The translations under genes and the position numbers were made by a program. The notes beneath the pieces were generated by a model, which was given only the letters and a program-made list of their open reading frames with translations, had not been told where the DNA came from and made no database searches. 51,312 bases of DNA from Streptomycetaceae bacterium (GTDB taxonomy: Bacteria; Actinomycetota; Actinomycetes; Nanopelagicales; Nanopelagicaceae): positions 1-51,312 of the forward strand of contig JAIYCF010000061.1 in the NCBI GenBank assembly GCA_027488165.1, read 5' to 3'. Of the stretch, positions 1 to 10,532 are shown one piece after another; the stretch's first letter is position 1; every line of letters begins with the position of its first letter.

Positions 1-497
1 TCAGAGAGATTGAGAGCCTGCATCAAAATTCCTTTAGCGCGATCAATCAACTTACGCGTTTCAAGCCGCTCGTGAAGATCGGCAACTTCATCTGCAAGTG
101 ATCGCATCTGAGTATGTCTGCTAATTGCAATTTCAATTGCTGGAACTAGATCGCCAATTGAAAATGGTTTAACTACATAGGCCATTACGCCAGCATCGCG
201 CGCACGTTCAACCAGTTCGCGTTGTGAGAAAGCGGTGAGCATCAGAACAGGTGCAATATCAATTATCTTTTCAGCAGCAGAAATGCCATCTAGCACAGGC
301 ATCTTCACGTCAAGAATTGCTAAATCTGGTTTATGTAATTGTGCGAGCTCGATTGCTTGAGCGCCATCGGCAGCCTCTGCAACAACTTCATAACCTGCTT
401 CGCGCAACATTTCGACTAAGTCCATACGAATGAGCGCTTCATCCTCGGCAACGAGAATTCTGATTGGAGATTTATCTGCGCTACTGGTCGTATTCAT
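1..497 (-). CDS. pdtaR: ANTAR-domain response regulator (PdtaR/Rv1626-like), 3' end runs off the window
   Basis: Not in the ORF track. My translation from ATG at 497 gives MNTTSSADKSPIRILVAEDEALIRMDLVEML...DLAILDVKMPVLDG...LTAFSQ...AYVVKPF...LETRKLIDRAKGILMQ, a receiver domain followed by the ANTAR RKxIDRAKGxLM motif. The frame stays open to position 1. Confidence 0.92.
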   Translation of the reverse strand, partial: MNTTSSADKSPIRILVAEDEALIRMDLVEMLREAGYEVVAEAADGAQAIELAQLHKPDLAILDVKMPVLDGISAAEKIIDIAPVLMLTAFSQRELVERARDAGVMAYVVKPFSIGDLVPAIEIAISRHTQMRSLADEVADLHERLETRKLIDRAKGILMQALNLS

Positions 498-498
498 G

Positions 499-571
499 TG
501 CCTCGAGTCGGATTCGAACCGACACTATGCAGTGTTTGAGACTGCCCTCTCTACCGTTGGAGTACCGAGGC
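499..571 (-). tRNA. tRNA-Leu(CAA), 73 nt, short variable loop, CCA not encoded
   Basis: Minus strand folds as GCCTCGG-TA-CTC(CAACGGTAGA)GAG-G-GCAGT(CT CAA AC)ACTGC-ATAGT-GTCGG(TTCGAAT)CCGAC-TCGAGGC-A. The cloverleaf is complete, with anticodon CAA and discriminator A. Confidence 0.95.
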
Positions 572-610
572 TCTTCGCCCTTTCCTTATCGGAAAGTTGC
601 AAGCCAAATC

Positions 611-2050
611 TTAACGGTATGCAGGAGCGGCGCCACTCACGGCATCGCCCACGCGGTGAACGCGCATAGCGTTGGTAGAACCTGGAATTCCTGGAGGTGA
701 TCCCGCAACGATTACGACTAATTCACCTGCAACACAGCGCCCAGATTTGAGCAAGAGAGCATCCGCCTGCATAACCATTTCATCGGTGTGCTTAACCATC
801 GGAGTGATCTCTGGTTCTACACCCCAGTCGAGTGCCATGCGGTTATAAGTTCCGACTTCTGGGGTAAATGCCAAGATCGGAATTGGAGAACGAAGTCGCG
901 CAGTGCGGCGGGCTGAATCTCCAGATTGCGTGAATGTAACTAAGTATTTGGCTCCAACGATTGCGCCAACTTCAGTTGCCGCTTTGGTGATTGCACCGCC
1001 TTTTGTCTTTGGCGCTGACTTCATCGGGCGGATCATATCCATGCCGCCTTCTTCAGTATGAGAAATAATTCGCGCCATTGTCTGCACAGCTTCTATTGCA
1101 AACTCTCCCACTGATGTTTCACCTGAAAGCATCAAAGCATCTGCACCATCTAGAACCGCATTTGCACAGTCCGTTGCTTCGGCGCGAGTTGGACGTGAAT
1201 TGGTAATCATTGAATCCAGCATCTGAGTTGCAACGATTACCGGCTTCGCCGCTTCACGCGCTAGTTCGATGCAATGCTTTTGTACAAGTGGGACTTCTTC
1301 AATTGGGAGCTCCACGCCAAGGTCACCGCGCGCCACCATGATGCCGTCAAAGGCGTTAACAATCTCTTGCAGATTGGCTACCGCCTGAGGCTTTTCAATC
1401 TTTGCGATTACCGGAACGCGAATTCCAACTTCATCCATAATTTGATGCACATCGACGATATCTTCAGCGCTGCGCACAAATGAGAGTGCGATGAAATCTG
1501 CGCCTGCATTTAGCCCCCAACGGAGATCTTCTTTATCTTTTTCAGAGAGCGCTGGAACTGAAACCGCGACGCCTGGCAAGTTAATTCCTTTATTGTTACT
1601 GACTGCACCAGGTTCGATGACTTTGGTTACGACATCGTTGCCCTTTACCTCAGTAACTTCAACGGTAACTTTTCCATCATCGATCAGAATGCGATCTCCT
1701 GGCTTGCAATCTCCAGGTAGACCTTTGTAAGTAGTGCCAACGCGCTCTTTGGTGCCTTCGACTTCTTCGGTAGTAATTGTGAAGATATCGCCACGAGCAA
1801 GATCGTGTGGGCCGGCCTTAAAGCGAGCTAAGCGAATCTTTGGTCCTTGTAGGTCTACAAGGATTGCGACAGGTTTTCCCGCCTCTTTCGCAGCTGCACG
1901 GACTTCATTGAGTCGGCTCTGGTGTTCTTCATACCCACCATGAGAAAGGTTGAGGCGTGCCATATTCATGCCGGCTGCAATCAACTCACGAACTTTTTCG
2001 GGTGATTCAACAGCTGGACCCATTGTGCAGACAATCTTCGCGCGACGCAT
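611..2050 (-). CDS. pyk: pyruvate kinase
   Basis: RRAKIVCTMGP, ARLNLSHG, DLQGPKIR, IAKIEK, MVARGDLGVE, ATQMLDSM and MLSGETS motifs. Confidence 0.98.
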   Translation of the reverse strand: MRRAKIVCTMGPAVESPEKVRELIAAGMNMARLNLSHGGYEEHQSRLNEVRAAAKEAGKPVAILVDLQGPKIRLARFKAGPHDLARGDIFTITTEEVEGTKERVGTTYKGLPGDCKPGDRILIDDGKVTVEVTEVKGNDVVTKVIEPGAVSNNKGINLPGVAVSVPALSEKDKEDLRWGLNAGADFIALSFVRSAEDIVDVHQIMDEVGIRVPVIAKIEKPQAVANLQEIVNAFDGIMVARGDLGVELPIEEVPLVQKHCIELAREAAKPVIVATQMLDSMITNSRPTRAEATDCANAVLDGADALMLSGETSVGEFAIEAVQTMARIISHTEEGGMDMIRPMKSAPKTKGGAITKAATEVGAIVGAKYLVTFTQSGDSARRTARLRSPIPILAFTPEVGTYNRMALDWGVEPEITPMVKHTDEMVMQADALLLKSGRCVAGELVVIVAGSPPGIPGSTNAMRVHRVGDAVSGAAPAYR

Positions 2051-2133
2051 GTGGCTACCTTATCTAATCGATTTACTACTGGACAGTTTCGAGGAAGAGA
2101 TTTAAAGCACCTAACTTTCCGATCTCTAGGAAT

Positions 2134-3588
2134 TTAAACCATTAAGGAGCGATCGGTAGGTTCGATCGGTGAAGGTAGTTGGCTCTCGCCTTCCAAATAC
2201 TTATCTACTCCTGCTGCTGCACTTCGCCCTTCGGCGATTGCCCAAACAATTAGAGATTGGCCGCGACCGGCATCGCCTGCGACGAAAATTCCTTCTTCGC
2301 TTGTCTGGAAGTTGGCATCACGTTTGATGTTTCCGCGCTCATCTAATTCAACGTTTAGTTGAGTTAGAAGTGCCGATTTTTCAGGACCAGTAAAGCCCAT
2401 TGCAAGAAATACAAAGTCGGCTGGAATTTCTTTCTCAGTTCCTGGAACTGGTTCAAACTTTCCATTTTCAAACTTTGTTTCAACGAGTTTGATCGCCTTA
2501 ACATTGCCGTTCCCATCACCAATGAATTCTTCGGTGCTAACTGCAAAGAGTCGGTTATCCAACTCTTCATGAGCAGAAGAAACGCGGTAGATCATTGGAT
2601 AGGTAGGCCACGGTTGCGATGATGGGCGCTCTTCAGTTGGACGCGGCATGATCTCGAGTTGAGTAACGCTTGCTGCGCCTTGGCGAATCGAAGTACCAAG
2701 GCAATCAGCGCCGGTATCTCCCCCACCAAGAATTACGACATGCTTTCCGGCAACGTTGATATCAGGATTTACAACTTCACCAAGTGCCTGCTTATTTCCC
2801 CAAGGCAAGAACTCCATAGCCTGGTAAATACCTTTATTTTCGCGACCCTTAATTGGGAGATCGCGCCATTGAGTTGCTCCAACTGCAAGAACCACCGCAT
2901 CATATTTCTTGCGCAGATCACTTCCCGTTAGTTCAACGCCAACATTTACTCCAGGGCGGAAGCGAGTTCCTTCCTTCTCCATCTGATTTAAACGGCGATC
3001 CAAGATGTTCTTCTCCATCTTGAATTCAGGAATTCCGTAGCGAAGTAGGCCACCAATTTTGTCGGCGCGTTCGTAAACAGCAACGGTATGTCCAGCGCGA
3101 GTTAATTGTTGCGCTGCCGCAAGACCTGCAGGACCCGAACCAATTACCGCAACGGTCTTTCCGGTCAAACGCTCAGGGGCAAGTGGCTTCACATTTCCAG
3201 CACCGAAAGCTTCTTCAATAGTGCGAAGTTCTACTTGCTTAATTGTTACCGCATCCGCGTTGATGCCTATGACGCAGGCTGTCTCGCATGGAGCAGGACA
3301 GAGGCGACCGGTGAATTCAGGGAAGTTATTTGTTGCATGCAGGCGATCGATTGCCTCTTCTTTATCGCCACGCCACATCAAATCATTCCATTCAGGAATT
3401 AGATTTCCGAGTGGACAACCCTGGTGGCAGAAAGGAATACCGCAATCCATGCAACGCCCTGCCTGCTTCTGCAAGTGTTCCAAACTCTGTGGTTCGTAAA
3501 CTTCGTGCCAATCTTTGATTCGCACATCAACCGGGCGACGCTTTGGAGTCTCGCGCGGCGTGGTTAGAAATCCCTTTGGATCAGCCAT
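2134..3588 (-). CDS. gltD: glutamate synthase small subunit
   Basis: MADPKGF start (ATG 3588, overlapping the gltB stop), [11 protein letters not shown] Fe-S motif, GSGPAGL and GGGDTG dinucleotide folds, GQSLIVWAI. Confidence 0.97.
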   Translation of the reverse strand: MADPKGFLTTPRETPKRRPVDVRIKDWHEVYEPQSLEHLQKQAGRCMDCGIPFCHQGCPLGNLIPEWNDLMWRGDKEEAIDRLHATNNFPEFTGRLCPAPCETACVIGINADAVTIKQVELRTIEEAFGAGNVKPLAPERLTGKTVAVIGSGPAGLAAAQQLTRAGHTVAVYERADKIGGLLRYGIPEFKMEKNILDRRLNQMEKEGTRFRPGVNVGVELTGSDLRKKYDAVVLAVGATQWRDLPIKGRENKGIYQAMEFLPWGNKQALGEVVNPDINVAGKHVVILGGGDTGADCLGTSIRQGAASVTQLEIMPRPTEERPSSQPWPTYPMIYRVSSAHEELDNRLFAVSTEEFIGDGNGNVKAIKLVETKFENGKFEPVPGTEKEIPADFVFLAMGFTGPEKSALLTQLNVELDERGNIKRDANFQTSEEGIFVAGDAGRGQSLIVWAIAEGRSAAAGVDKYLEGESQLPSPIEPTDRSLMV

Positions 3589-6500
3589 TTGCTGCAACCT
3601 CCATTACATATTGATCAACAGGTAAGCCATCTTTTGTCGCTCGCTCAATTGCAGCTAAGACGCGTGCATAGTCGCGTGGCATAACAAGTGAGATGCGATT
3701 TAGCGCAGCGTTCCAGTCTGCAAGTAGCGCTGCTGCAACTTCAGAACCTGTTTCAGTGAAGAAATCAGAGACCAACGCTTTAAGTGTTTCCTTTTGATCT
3801 TCGGGAACTGCCAAGATATCTACGAGTTCACCATTTACTTGGGCAGGGTTTAGGTCGAGCACAAATGCGCGTCCACCTGACATACCAGCGGCAAAGTTGC
3901 GGCCGGTGCGACCGAGCACAACAACTGTTCCGCCAGTCATGTACTCACAACCATGATCGCCAATTCCTTCGACGATCGCTGTTGCGCCAGAGTTGCGTAC
4001 GCAGAATCTTTCACCGACTAGGCCACGGATGTAGATCTGACCTGATGTTGATCCGTAACCAATAACGTTTCCAGCGATGACATTTTCATGCGAAGCAAAG
4101 GTTGCTCGCTCATCTGGACGCACGATCACGCGACCACCTGAAATACCTTTACCAACATAGTCATTGCTATCGCCGTACATGCGAATGACAACGCCTTGCG
4201 GCAAGAAAGCACCGAGTGATTGACCAGCAGAGCCATGCAGCGTTACATCGATAGTGCCGGCTGGAAGTCCATCTGCGCCATAGCGTCGCGTGACTTCTGC
4301 ACCCAACATCGTGCCGACAGTGCGGTTTACATTTCGTACAGGTAGATCAATACGAACGTTTTCGCCCTTATCGAGTGCGGCGGCAGAGAGTTCAATCAAC
4401 TTGTTATCAAGTGCTGCTGCAAGACCGTGATCTTGAACTGTTGTGCGGTGCAAAGGTGAATCAACATCAGGGCGAACTAGAAGAGGTCCAAGATCTAGTC
4501 CGCTGGCTTTCCAGTGATTAACTGCATCACGGGTATCAAGAAATTCAACGTGTCCGATCGCTTCTTGCAGAGTGCGGAAACCTAGGTTAGCCAAGATCTC
4601 GCGTACTTCTTCAGCTACGTACTCGAAGAATGTTTCTACGAACTCTGGTTTTCCAGTAAAGCGCTTACGTAGTTCTGGGTTCTGAGTTGCGACGCCAACT
4701 GGACAGGTATCCAAATGGCAGACGCGCATCATTACGCAACCAGAGACAACAAGAGGTGCGGTTGCAAATCCATATTCCTCAGCGCCGAGTAGCGCTGCAA
4801 TTACAACATCGCGACCAGTCTTTAACTGACCATCTGCTTGGACAACGATGCGATCGCGCAGACCGTTAAGTAGAAGAGTCTGTTGCGTTTCCGCTAGACC
4901 AAGCTCCCAAGGCGCTCCGGCATGCTTTAGCGAAGTAAGTGGTGATGCACCCGTGCCACCATCGTGACCGGAGATCAAAACCACATCGGCATGGGCCTTG
5001 CTTACGCCAGCAGCAACTGTGCCAACGCCAACTTCGGCTACGAGCTTGACGTGAATGCGCGCATTCTTATTGGCATTCTTCAAATCGTGGATTAGTTGAG
5101 CAAGATCCTCAATTGAGTAAATATCGTGGTGTGGTGGTGGTGAAATCAAACCAACGCCAGGAGTTGAGTAACGAACCTTGGCGATCCATGGATAGACCTT
5201 GTTACCTGGCAACTGTCCGCCTTCACCAGGCTTTGCACCTTGCGCAATTTTTATTTGGATGTCGTCAGCGTTAACTAGGTAGTTGCTAGTTACTCCGAAG
5301 CGACCGCTAGCAACTTGCTTAATTGCGCTGCGCTTGGAATCACCATTTGCCATAGGTAGGAAACGCGACGGATCTTCTCCGCCTTCGCCAGTATTTGATT
5401 TGGCGCCAAGTCGGTTCATTGCGATCGCTAAAGTTTCGTGAACTTCTTGTGAAACAGAACCCCAAGACATTGCGCCAGTTGAGAAACGCTTTACGATCTC
5501 AGAAATTGGCTCGACTTCATCAATAGAAATCGCAGGACGCTCTCCTTCTTTAAATGCGAAGAGTCCGCGTAGCGTCATTAACTCTTTGCTCTGGCCATCG
5601 ACCTTGCTGGTGTAGCGCTTGAAGATGTCATAACGCTTGGAGCGAGTTGAATGTTGCAGCGCAAAGACAGTCTCTGGATTAAAGAGGTGTGGTTCGCCAT
5701 CGCGACGCCATTGGTATTCGCCACCAATTGGCAGACGCTTGGAACCTGGGATCGCTCCCCCTGGCGGATATGCAATGTGATGGCGGGCAATTGTCTCTTC
5801 AGCAATTGTGTCGAGACTGATTCCGCCAAGCCGTGAAGTTGTGCCAACAAAGTATTCGTCGACAACTTCTTGCGAAAGCCCGATTGCTTCGAAAACCTGT
5901 GCACCGGTATATGAGGCGATCGTCGAAATACCCATCTTCGACATAACTTTAAGGACGCCCTTACCTAGACTCTTAATAATGTTGCGAACGGCCTTTTCTG
6001 GAGTAATACCAGTGATGACACCCTGTAGAACTAAATCTTCAGCAGATTCCATCGCAAGATAAGGGTTAACCGCTGCTGCGCCATAACCGATAAGGAGTGC
6101 AACATGGTGAACTTCGCGAACATCGCCAGCTTCAACAACCAATCCGACTTTGGTGCGAGTCTTTTCGCGAATCAAATGGTGATGCACTGCGGCAGTTAAG
6201 AGAAGTGATGGAATAGGTGCATCTTCGGCATCGCCATCGCGGTCAGATAGAACAATGATGCGCGCACCTGCAGAAATTGCATCAGATACCTCGCGCTTAA
6301 TCTCTTCAAGGCGGGTTTGCAAAGTATTGCCATCGCCAGAAACTGGGAAGAGGCCACGAACTACATAGGCAGATAATCCTGGATGATCTCCATCAGCATT
6401 TACGTGGATGATCTTGGCAAGTTCATCGTTATCGATAACTGGGAAGGCAAGTGAAATTTGGCGGCAAGAAGAAGGACCTGGATCAAGCAGGTTGTGCTCT

Positions 6501-8098
6501 GGGCCAATTGATCCGCCCAAACTTGTAACCAGTTCTTCGCGAATTGCATCAAGCGGTGGATTAGTTACTTGTGCAAAGAGCTGTGAGAAGTAATCAAAGA
6601 GCAGGCGTGGTTTTTCAGAGAGCGCTGCAATTGGCGTATCTGTGCCCATTGAGCCGAGCGCTTCCATTCCGTTCTTAGCCATTGGCGTAACCAAGATGCG
6701 AAGTTCTTCTTCGGTGTAACCGAAGGCGCGCTGGCGACGAACCACAGATGAGTGCGGATAAACAATGTGTTCGCGGGAAGGAAGTTCAGATAACTTCATG
6801 ATTCCGGCATGAAGCCATTCACCATATGGAGCAGCATCTGCCAGTGAATCTTTGATTTCATCATCTTCGATGATGCGCCCTGCTTCGATATCAACTAAGA
6901 ACATCTTGCCTGGTTGCAAACGGCCCTTACGAACAATCTTTTCGGCAGGGAAATCGAGAACACCAACTTCAGATGCAAGAACAACCAAGCCATCATCGGT
7001 AACCCAGAAACGTGATGGACGTAGTCCGTTGCGATCTAGAACCGCGCCAACTTGATGTCCGTCTGTGAAAGTTACACAGGCTGGTCCGTCCCATGGCTCC
7101 ATTAGGGAGGCGTGGAAGGCGTAGAAATCGCGTCGCTTCTGCGACATCGTTGTGTGATTCTCCCAAGCTTCGGGAATCATCATTAAAACAGAATGTGGAA
7201 GAGATCTTCCGCCAAGATAGAGAAGTTCGAGAACTTCATCAAATGATGCAGAGTCGCTGCCTGACATTTCAACAATTGGAAATAGGCGGCTGAGATCACC
7301 TGGAATTAACTCGCTTGCAAGAAGTGATTCGCGGGCGCGCATCCAGTTTCGGTTTCCCTTAACGGTATTGATTTCACCGTTATGTGCAATAAACCGGTAT
7401 GGGTGGGCAAGCGGCCACGATGGAAATGTATTTGTTGAAAAACGTGAGTGGACAAGTGCAAGAGGTGAAACCACACGTGCATCGCTTAGATCTGGGAAGA
7501 AATCTTCAAGTTGTCCAGTGGTGAGCATTCCTTTGTAAACAATGGTTTGAGACGAAAGCGATGGGAAGTAAAGATCGAGTGAATGTTCGGCGCGCTTTCT
7601 TAGACAGAAGGCAAGGCGATCAAGCGCAATTCCTGACTCGTTCTTATTGCCAGAGAGAAAAACTTGTTCGAACTTTGGCATAACTGAAACAGCTGTCTTA
7701 CCGAGTGATTTGGCATTGATCGGAAGATCTCGCCAACCAAGAACAGTTAGACCTTCTTCAGATGCGATCTTTGCAATCTCATTGCGAACTTCTGCACCTT
7801 GGGCAACGAAAGCGATACCTGTTGCATAGTGTCCTTCAGCAGGAAGATTAAAATCTGTAACTGCGCGATAAAAAGCATCTGGGACGCGAATCAAAATTCC
7901 CGCGCCATCACCACTATCTGGTTCTGCACCAGATGCACCGCGATGTTCGAGGTTGCGAAGAGCGGTTAGCGCCTTTTCAACAATTTCATGTGTTGCAACT
8001 TTATTCAGAGTAGCAACCATTGCAACGCCGCAGGCATCATGCTCGTTTGCGGGATCGTAAAGACCCTGTTGTGCTGGGTAATTAGATGGAAGGGCCAT
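3581..8098 (-). CDS. gltB: glutamate synthase large subunit
   Basis: EHDACGV N-terminal Cys amidotransferase site, [45 protein letters not shown]-terminal GXGXG domain; 1505 aa. Confidence 0.98.
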   Translation of the reverse strand: MALPSNYPAQQGLYDPANEHDACGVAMVATLNKVATHEIVEKALTALRNLEHRGASGAEPDSGDGAGILIRVPDAFYRAVTDFNLPAEGHYATGIAFVAQGAEVRNEIAKIASEEGLTVLGWRDLPINAKSLGKTAVSVMPKFEQVFLSGNKNESGIALDRLAFCLRKRAEHSLDLYFPSLSSQTIVYKGMLTTGQLEDFFPDLSDARVVSPLALVHSRFSTNTFPSWPLAHPYRFIAHNGEINTVKGNRNWMRARESLLASELIPGDLSRLFPIVEMSGSDSASFDEVLELLYLGGRSLPHSVLMMIPEAWENHTTMSQKRRDFYAFHASLMEPWDGPACVTFTDGHQVGAVLDRNGLRPSRFWVTDDGLVVLASEVGVLDFPAEKIVRKGRLQPGKMFLVDIEAGRIIEDDEIKDSLADAAPYGEWLHAGIMKLSELPSREHIVYPHSSVVRRQRAFGYTEEELRILVTPMAKNGMEALGSMGTDTPIAALSEKPRLLFDYFSQLFAQVTNPPLDAIREELVTSLGGSIGPEHNLLDPGPSSCRQISLAFPVIDNDELAKIIHVNADGDHPGLSAYVVRGLFPVSGDGNTLQTRLEEIKREVSDAISAGARIIVLSDRDGDAEDAPIPSLLLTAAVHHHLIREKTRTKVGLVVEAGDVREVHHVALLIGYGAAAVNPYLAMESAEDLVLQGVITGITPEKAVRNIIKSLGKGVLKVMSKMGISTIASYTGAQVFEAIGLSQEVVDEYFVGTTSRLGGISLDTIAEETIARHHIAYPPGGAIPGSKRLPIGGEYQWRRDGEPHLFNPETVFALQHSTRSKRYDIFKRYTSKVDGQSKELMTLRGLFAFKEGERPAISIDEVEPISEIVKRFSTGAMSWGSVSQEVHETLAIAMNRLGAKSNTGEGGEDPSRFLPMANGDSKRSAIKQVASGRFGVTSNYLVNADDIQIKIAQGAKPGEGGQLPGNKVYPWIAKVRYSTPGVGLISPPPHHDIYSIEDLAQLIHDLKNANKNARIHVKLVAEVGVGTVAAGVSKAHADVVLISGHDGGTGASPLTSLKHAGAPWELGLAETQQTLLLNGLRDRIVVQADGQLKTGRDVVIAALLGAEEYGFATAPLVVSGCVMMRVCHLDTCPVGVATQNPELRKRFTGKPEFVETFFEYVAEEVREILANLGFRTLQEAIGHVEFLDTRDAVNHWKASGLDLGPLLVRPDVDSPLHRTTVQDHGLAAALDNKLIELSAAALDKGENVRIDLPVRNVNRTVGTMLGAEVTRRYGADGLPAGTIDVTLHGSAGQSLGAFLPQGVVIRMYGDSNDYVGKGISGGRVIVRPDERATFASHENVIAGNVIGYGSTSGQIYIRGLVGERFCVRNSGATAIVEGIGDHGCEYMTGGTVVVLGRTGRNFAAGMSGGRAFVLDLNPAQVNGELVDILAVPEDQKETLKALVSDFFTETGSEVAAALLADWNAALNRISLVMPRDYARVLAAIERATKDGLPVDQYVMEVAANG

Positions 8099-8197
8099 CT
8101 GTTACACGCTCCTGTTGCTCACACTTATATTGTTGAAAGAGTGGGACAACTTTGGCCCGAAAGATTCACCGCAGGCGGTGATAGATGCAAAAGGGTA
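8099..8197 (-). promoter_or_regulatory. gltB promoter and structured 5' leader
   Basis: Candidate -10 TACCCT (8197-8192), hairpin TCACCGC/GCGGTGA (8166-8181), hairpin GGGCC-AAAGTT-GTCCC (8158-8143), SD AGGAG (8113-8109). Confidence 0.5.
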
Positions 8198-8249
8198 GCA
8201 ACTGTTGGCGGTATTCGGCACTCCCGAATTAGCCTGCGCGAGAGTGAGT

Positions 8250-8972
8250 TTAGATACCGCTCAGATGGAGCGCTTGGCCGATTCCAGCGGTAACGGCCAT
8301 ACCGATACACCCACCCAAGATTACGCGCAGGGTTGGGGCGAGGATCTTTGAGCCTGCTGTCTTTGCGCTGAGGATCCCAGTGAATACAAGACCCATAACG
8401 GTAAAGGCGACGATGCTAAGGGCGACTTTGCCGGGAGTTGGCGCGAAGGCTCCAATAAATGGAATCAATCCTCCTGCTGTAAATGCGGCAGCTGATGCCA
8501 TCGCTGCTTGAACTGGTCGAGCTTTGGTGTGGGGAAATTGTCCAAGTTCATCGCGCAAGTGGGCTTCAAGTGGATCGCGATCGTGCATCGCTTTTGCAAC
8601 TTCCATCGCAAGTTCTGGGGAAAGGCCGCGCGCAATATAGATATGCTGCAATTCAAGTAGTTCTGCTTCTGGATCAATAGCTAGGTGTTCCATCTCTAAC
8701 TTTCGATCAGATTCTTCAATATCGTTCTGTGAGCGAACAGAAACATATTCACCAACGGCCATAGACATCGCACCGGCTGCGATACCGGCAGCGCCTGCAG
8801 TAATCAAGAAAGCTTGCGCATCGGCTCCGCCAGCTTTTGCAGCGGTTACACCAATCATTAAAGATGCAGTTGAAACTAAACCGTCATTTGCACCGAGTAC
8901 AGCTGCGCGCAACCAACCTGCACGATGAGTGCGATGTTGGAGATTGCGACGGTAAACATCTTCCAGTGCCAT
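8250..8972 (-). CDS. VIT1/CCC1 family Fe/Mn transporter
   Basis: WLRAAVLGANDGLVS and AGAMSMAVGEYVSVRSQ signature motifs, an acidic cytoplasmic region and C-terminal TM helices. Confidence 0.93.
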   Translation of the reverse strand: MALEDVYRRNLQHRTHRAGWLRAAVLGANDGLVSTASLMIGVTAAKAGGADAQAFLITAGAAGIAAGAMSMAVGEYVSVRSQNDIEESDRKLEMEHLAIDPEAELLELQHIYIARGLSPELAMEVAKAMHDRDPLEAHLRDELGQFPHTKARPVQAAMASAAAFTAGGLIPFIGAFAPTPGKVALSIVAFTVMGLVFTGILSAKTAGSKILAPTLRVILGGCIGMAVTAGIGQALHLSGI

Positions 8973-9013
8973 ATTTAGAGCCTACCTGATGGCTCTCTGA
9001 AAATTGTGCAGGC

Positions 9014-9823
9014 TTAGGCTTTATCGCGGGCGCGCAAGCGAAGAAAAACCATCGCTGCGATCGAAATTAGCGCAAGGCTTACCCATTGATTTACTCGCAG
9101 CTCTGCAATTTCATGCGCTGGATCAATACGGATAGATTCGATGAAGAAGCGACCGAATGAATAGCTAAAAACATATGCGGCGAAAGTGCAGCCAGCAGAC
9201 CAGCGTTTGGATACGACCATCAATAAAATCGCGATAAAGGTGCACCAGATCGCTTCGTAAAGAAATGTAGGGTGAAAAGTTTCGACGAGCCCATAGCCAC
9301 TTGGTCGATACTTATATGGAATCGATAGACCCCACCAGGTATCGAGGGGACGTCCAAATAGTTCGGCGTTAAACCAATTTCCAAATCGGCCAATCGCTTG
9401 TGCAAAGAGGATTCCTGGAGCAATTGCATCGAGGAATACCCCAAAGCTTGGCAGGTTCATGGAGCGAGCGAGTTTTCTATATGAGTAGAAAGCGCCGACA
9501 GCGCCGAGCGATATCGCACCCCAGATTCCGAGGCCACCTTGCCAAATCTTTAGGATCGCAACAGGGTCGCCATCGCTACCGAAGAAATCTTCTGGCGTTG
9601 TGATGACGTGATAAAGCCGACCACCAATAATTCCTGATGGCACTGCGATTACAGCGACTTCAGAGACAACGCCTCTTAAAGATTCATCACGCGCAGCAAG
9701 GCGCTTATTGCCTAGCCAAATTGCAACTGCAATCCCCGCGATGATGCACAGTGCATAGAAATGCACGGTGAATGGTCCGATAGAAACTTCCGAAATAGAC
9801 GGAGTTGGTATCGAACGATTCAT
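9014..9823 (-). CDS. lgt: prolipoprotein diacylglyceryl transferase
   Basis: GGRLYHV, WQGGLGIWG, AQAIGRFGNWFNAELFG, HPTFLYE and RFFIESIR. Confidence 0.96.
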   Translation of the reverse strand: MNRSIPTPSISEVSIGPFTVHFYALCIIAGIAVAIWLGNKRLAARDESLRGVVSEVAVIAVPSGIIGGRLYHVITTPEDFFGSDGDPVAILKIWQGGLGIWGAISLGAVGAFYSYRKLARSMNLPSFGVFLDAIAPGILFAQAIGRFGNWFNAELFGRPLDTWWGLSIPYKYRPSGYGLVETFHPTFLYEAIWCTFIAILLMVVSKRWSAGCTFAAYVFSYSFGRFFIESIRIDPAHEIAELRVNQWVSLALISIAAMVFLRLRARDKA

Positions 9824-9834
9824 GCTTGAACTAG

Positions 9835-10530
9835 TTAGGCTTTTTCAACCGCAAGCATAAAGTCTCCTAGACTTCCATATGCCGTGTTGCGATCAATTTC
9901 CTTACCGTTGACAAAGACCGTGGGAGTTGAATTTACATTTCGCTTAGATCCTTCTTCGGCGACGTTCTTAACCCAACCAATGTAATCCTGGCCTTGCACA
10001 CACTTGTCATATTCGCCGCTCGAGATTCCGAGACCGATTCCAAGCGTTGCAAAATACTGTGAACTCCATGCCCCAGAGTTTTCTGAAGGTTGATTTGCAA
10101 AGAGAGTTCTATGGAAATCTAAGAATTTCCCTTGATCGGCAGCACAAGCTGATGCATTTGCCGCGAGTTGGGATTCGCCACCTAGGAAAGAGAGAGGGTG
10201 GAAGGCAACTTTCGCTTTCTTGGTGCTGATCAAATCTTCAATGTAAGAGCCGGCGATTGCTTCAAAGCGGGCACATGCAGGGCATTGAAAATCTTCGTAG
10301 ATTTCAATAAATGGAACGCCCGTTAATTCTTTATTAAAGACTATTCCGTAGCCATCTTCAGCAGAAACGCTAGCTGGTATTGCAGCAGATGAATCGCCGC
10401 GGTTAGAGAGAACAGTAGGCACCAACATAATTAGTGCAACGCCAACAACTACTGCAATTACTAGATTGCGAGTGAAGTTATCTTTTCCGCCATTAGGTTT
10501 TCCACCATTGGGTTTTTTTGCCTGTGCCAT
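9835..10530 (-). CDS. membrane-anchored DsbA-family thiol-disulfide oxidoreductase (MdbA/Rv2969c-like)
   Basis: N-terminal TM helix, EDFQCPAC active site, STPTVFVNG cis-Pro loop, two further Cys. Confidence 0.88.
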   Translation of the reverse strand: MAQAKKPNGGKPNGGKDNFTRNLVIAVVVGVALIMLVPTVLSNRGDSSAAIPASVSAEDGYGIVFNKELTGVPFIEIYEDFQCPACARFEAIAGSYIEDLISTKKAKVAFHPLSFLGGESQLAANASACAADQGKFLDFHRTLFANQPSENSGAWSSQYFATLGIGLGISSGEYDKCVQGQDYIGWVKNVAEEGSKRNVNSTPTVFVNGKEIDRNTAYGSLGDFMLAVEKA

Positions 10531-10532
10531 CT

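Noticed and set aside
499-613. tRNA as an integration site for a genomic island
   Set aside because: There is no integrase, no duplicated tRNA 3' end that I could see, and the flanks are core genes.
430-700. Plus-strand ORFs spanning the tRNA region
   Set aside because: The region is explained by pdtaR, tRNA-Leu and the pyk 3' end on the minus strand.
8143-8160. Resemblance of TTGGCCC to the glnA glutamine riboswitch
   Set aside because: The match is on the strand opposite to gltB transcription, and the other conserved elements are absent.
8125-8310. 61-aa minus-strand ORF upstream of gltB as a possible leader peptide
   Set aside because: It starts inside the VIT1 gene in another frame, has no SD and no Glu/Gln enrichment, and overlaps the probable promoter.
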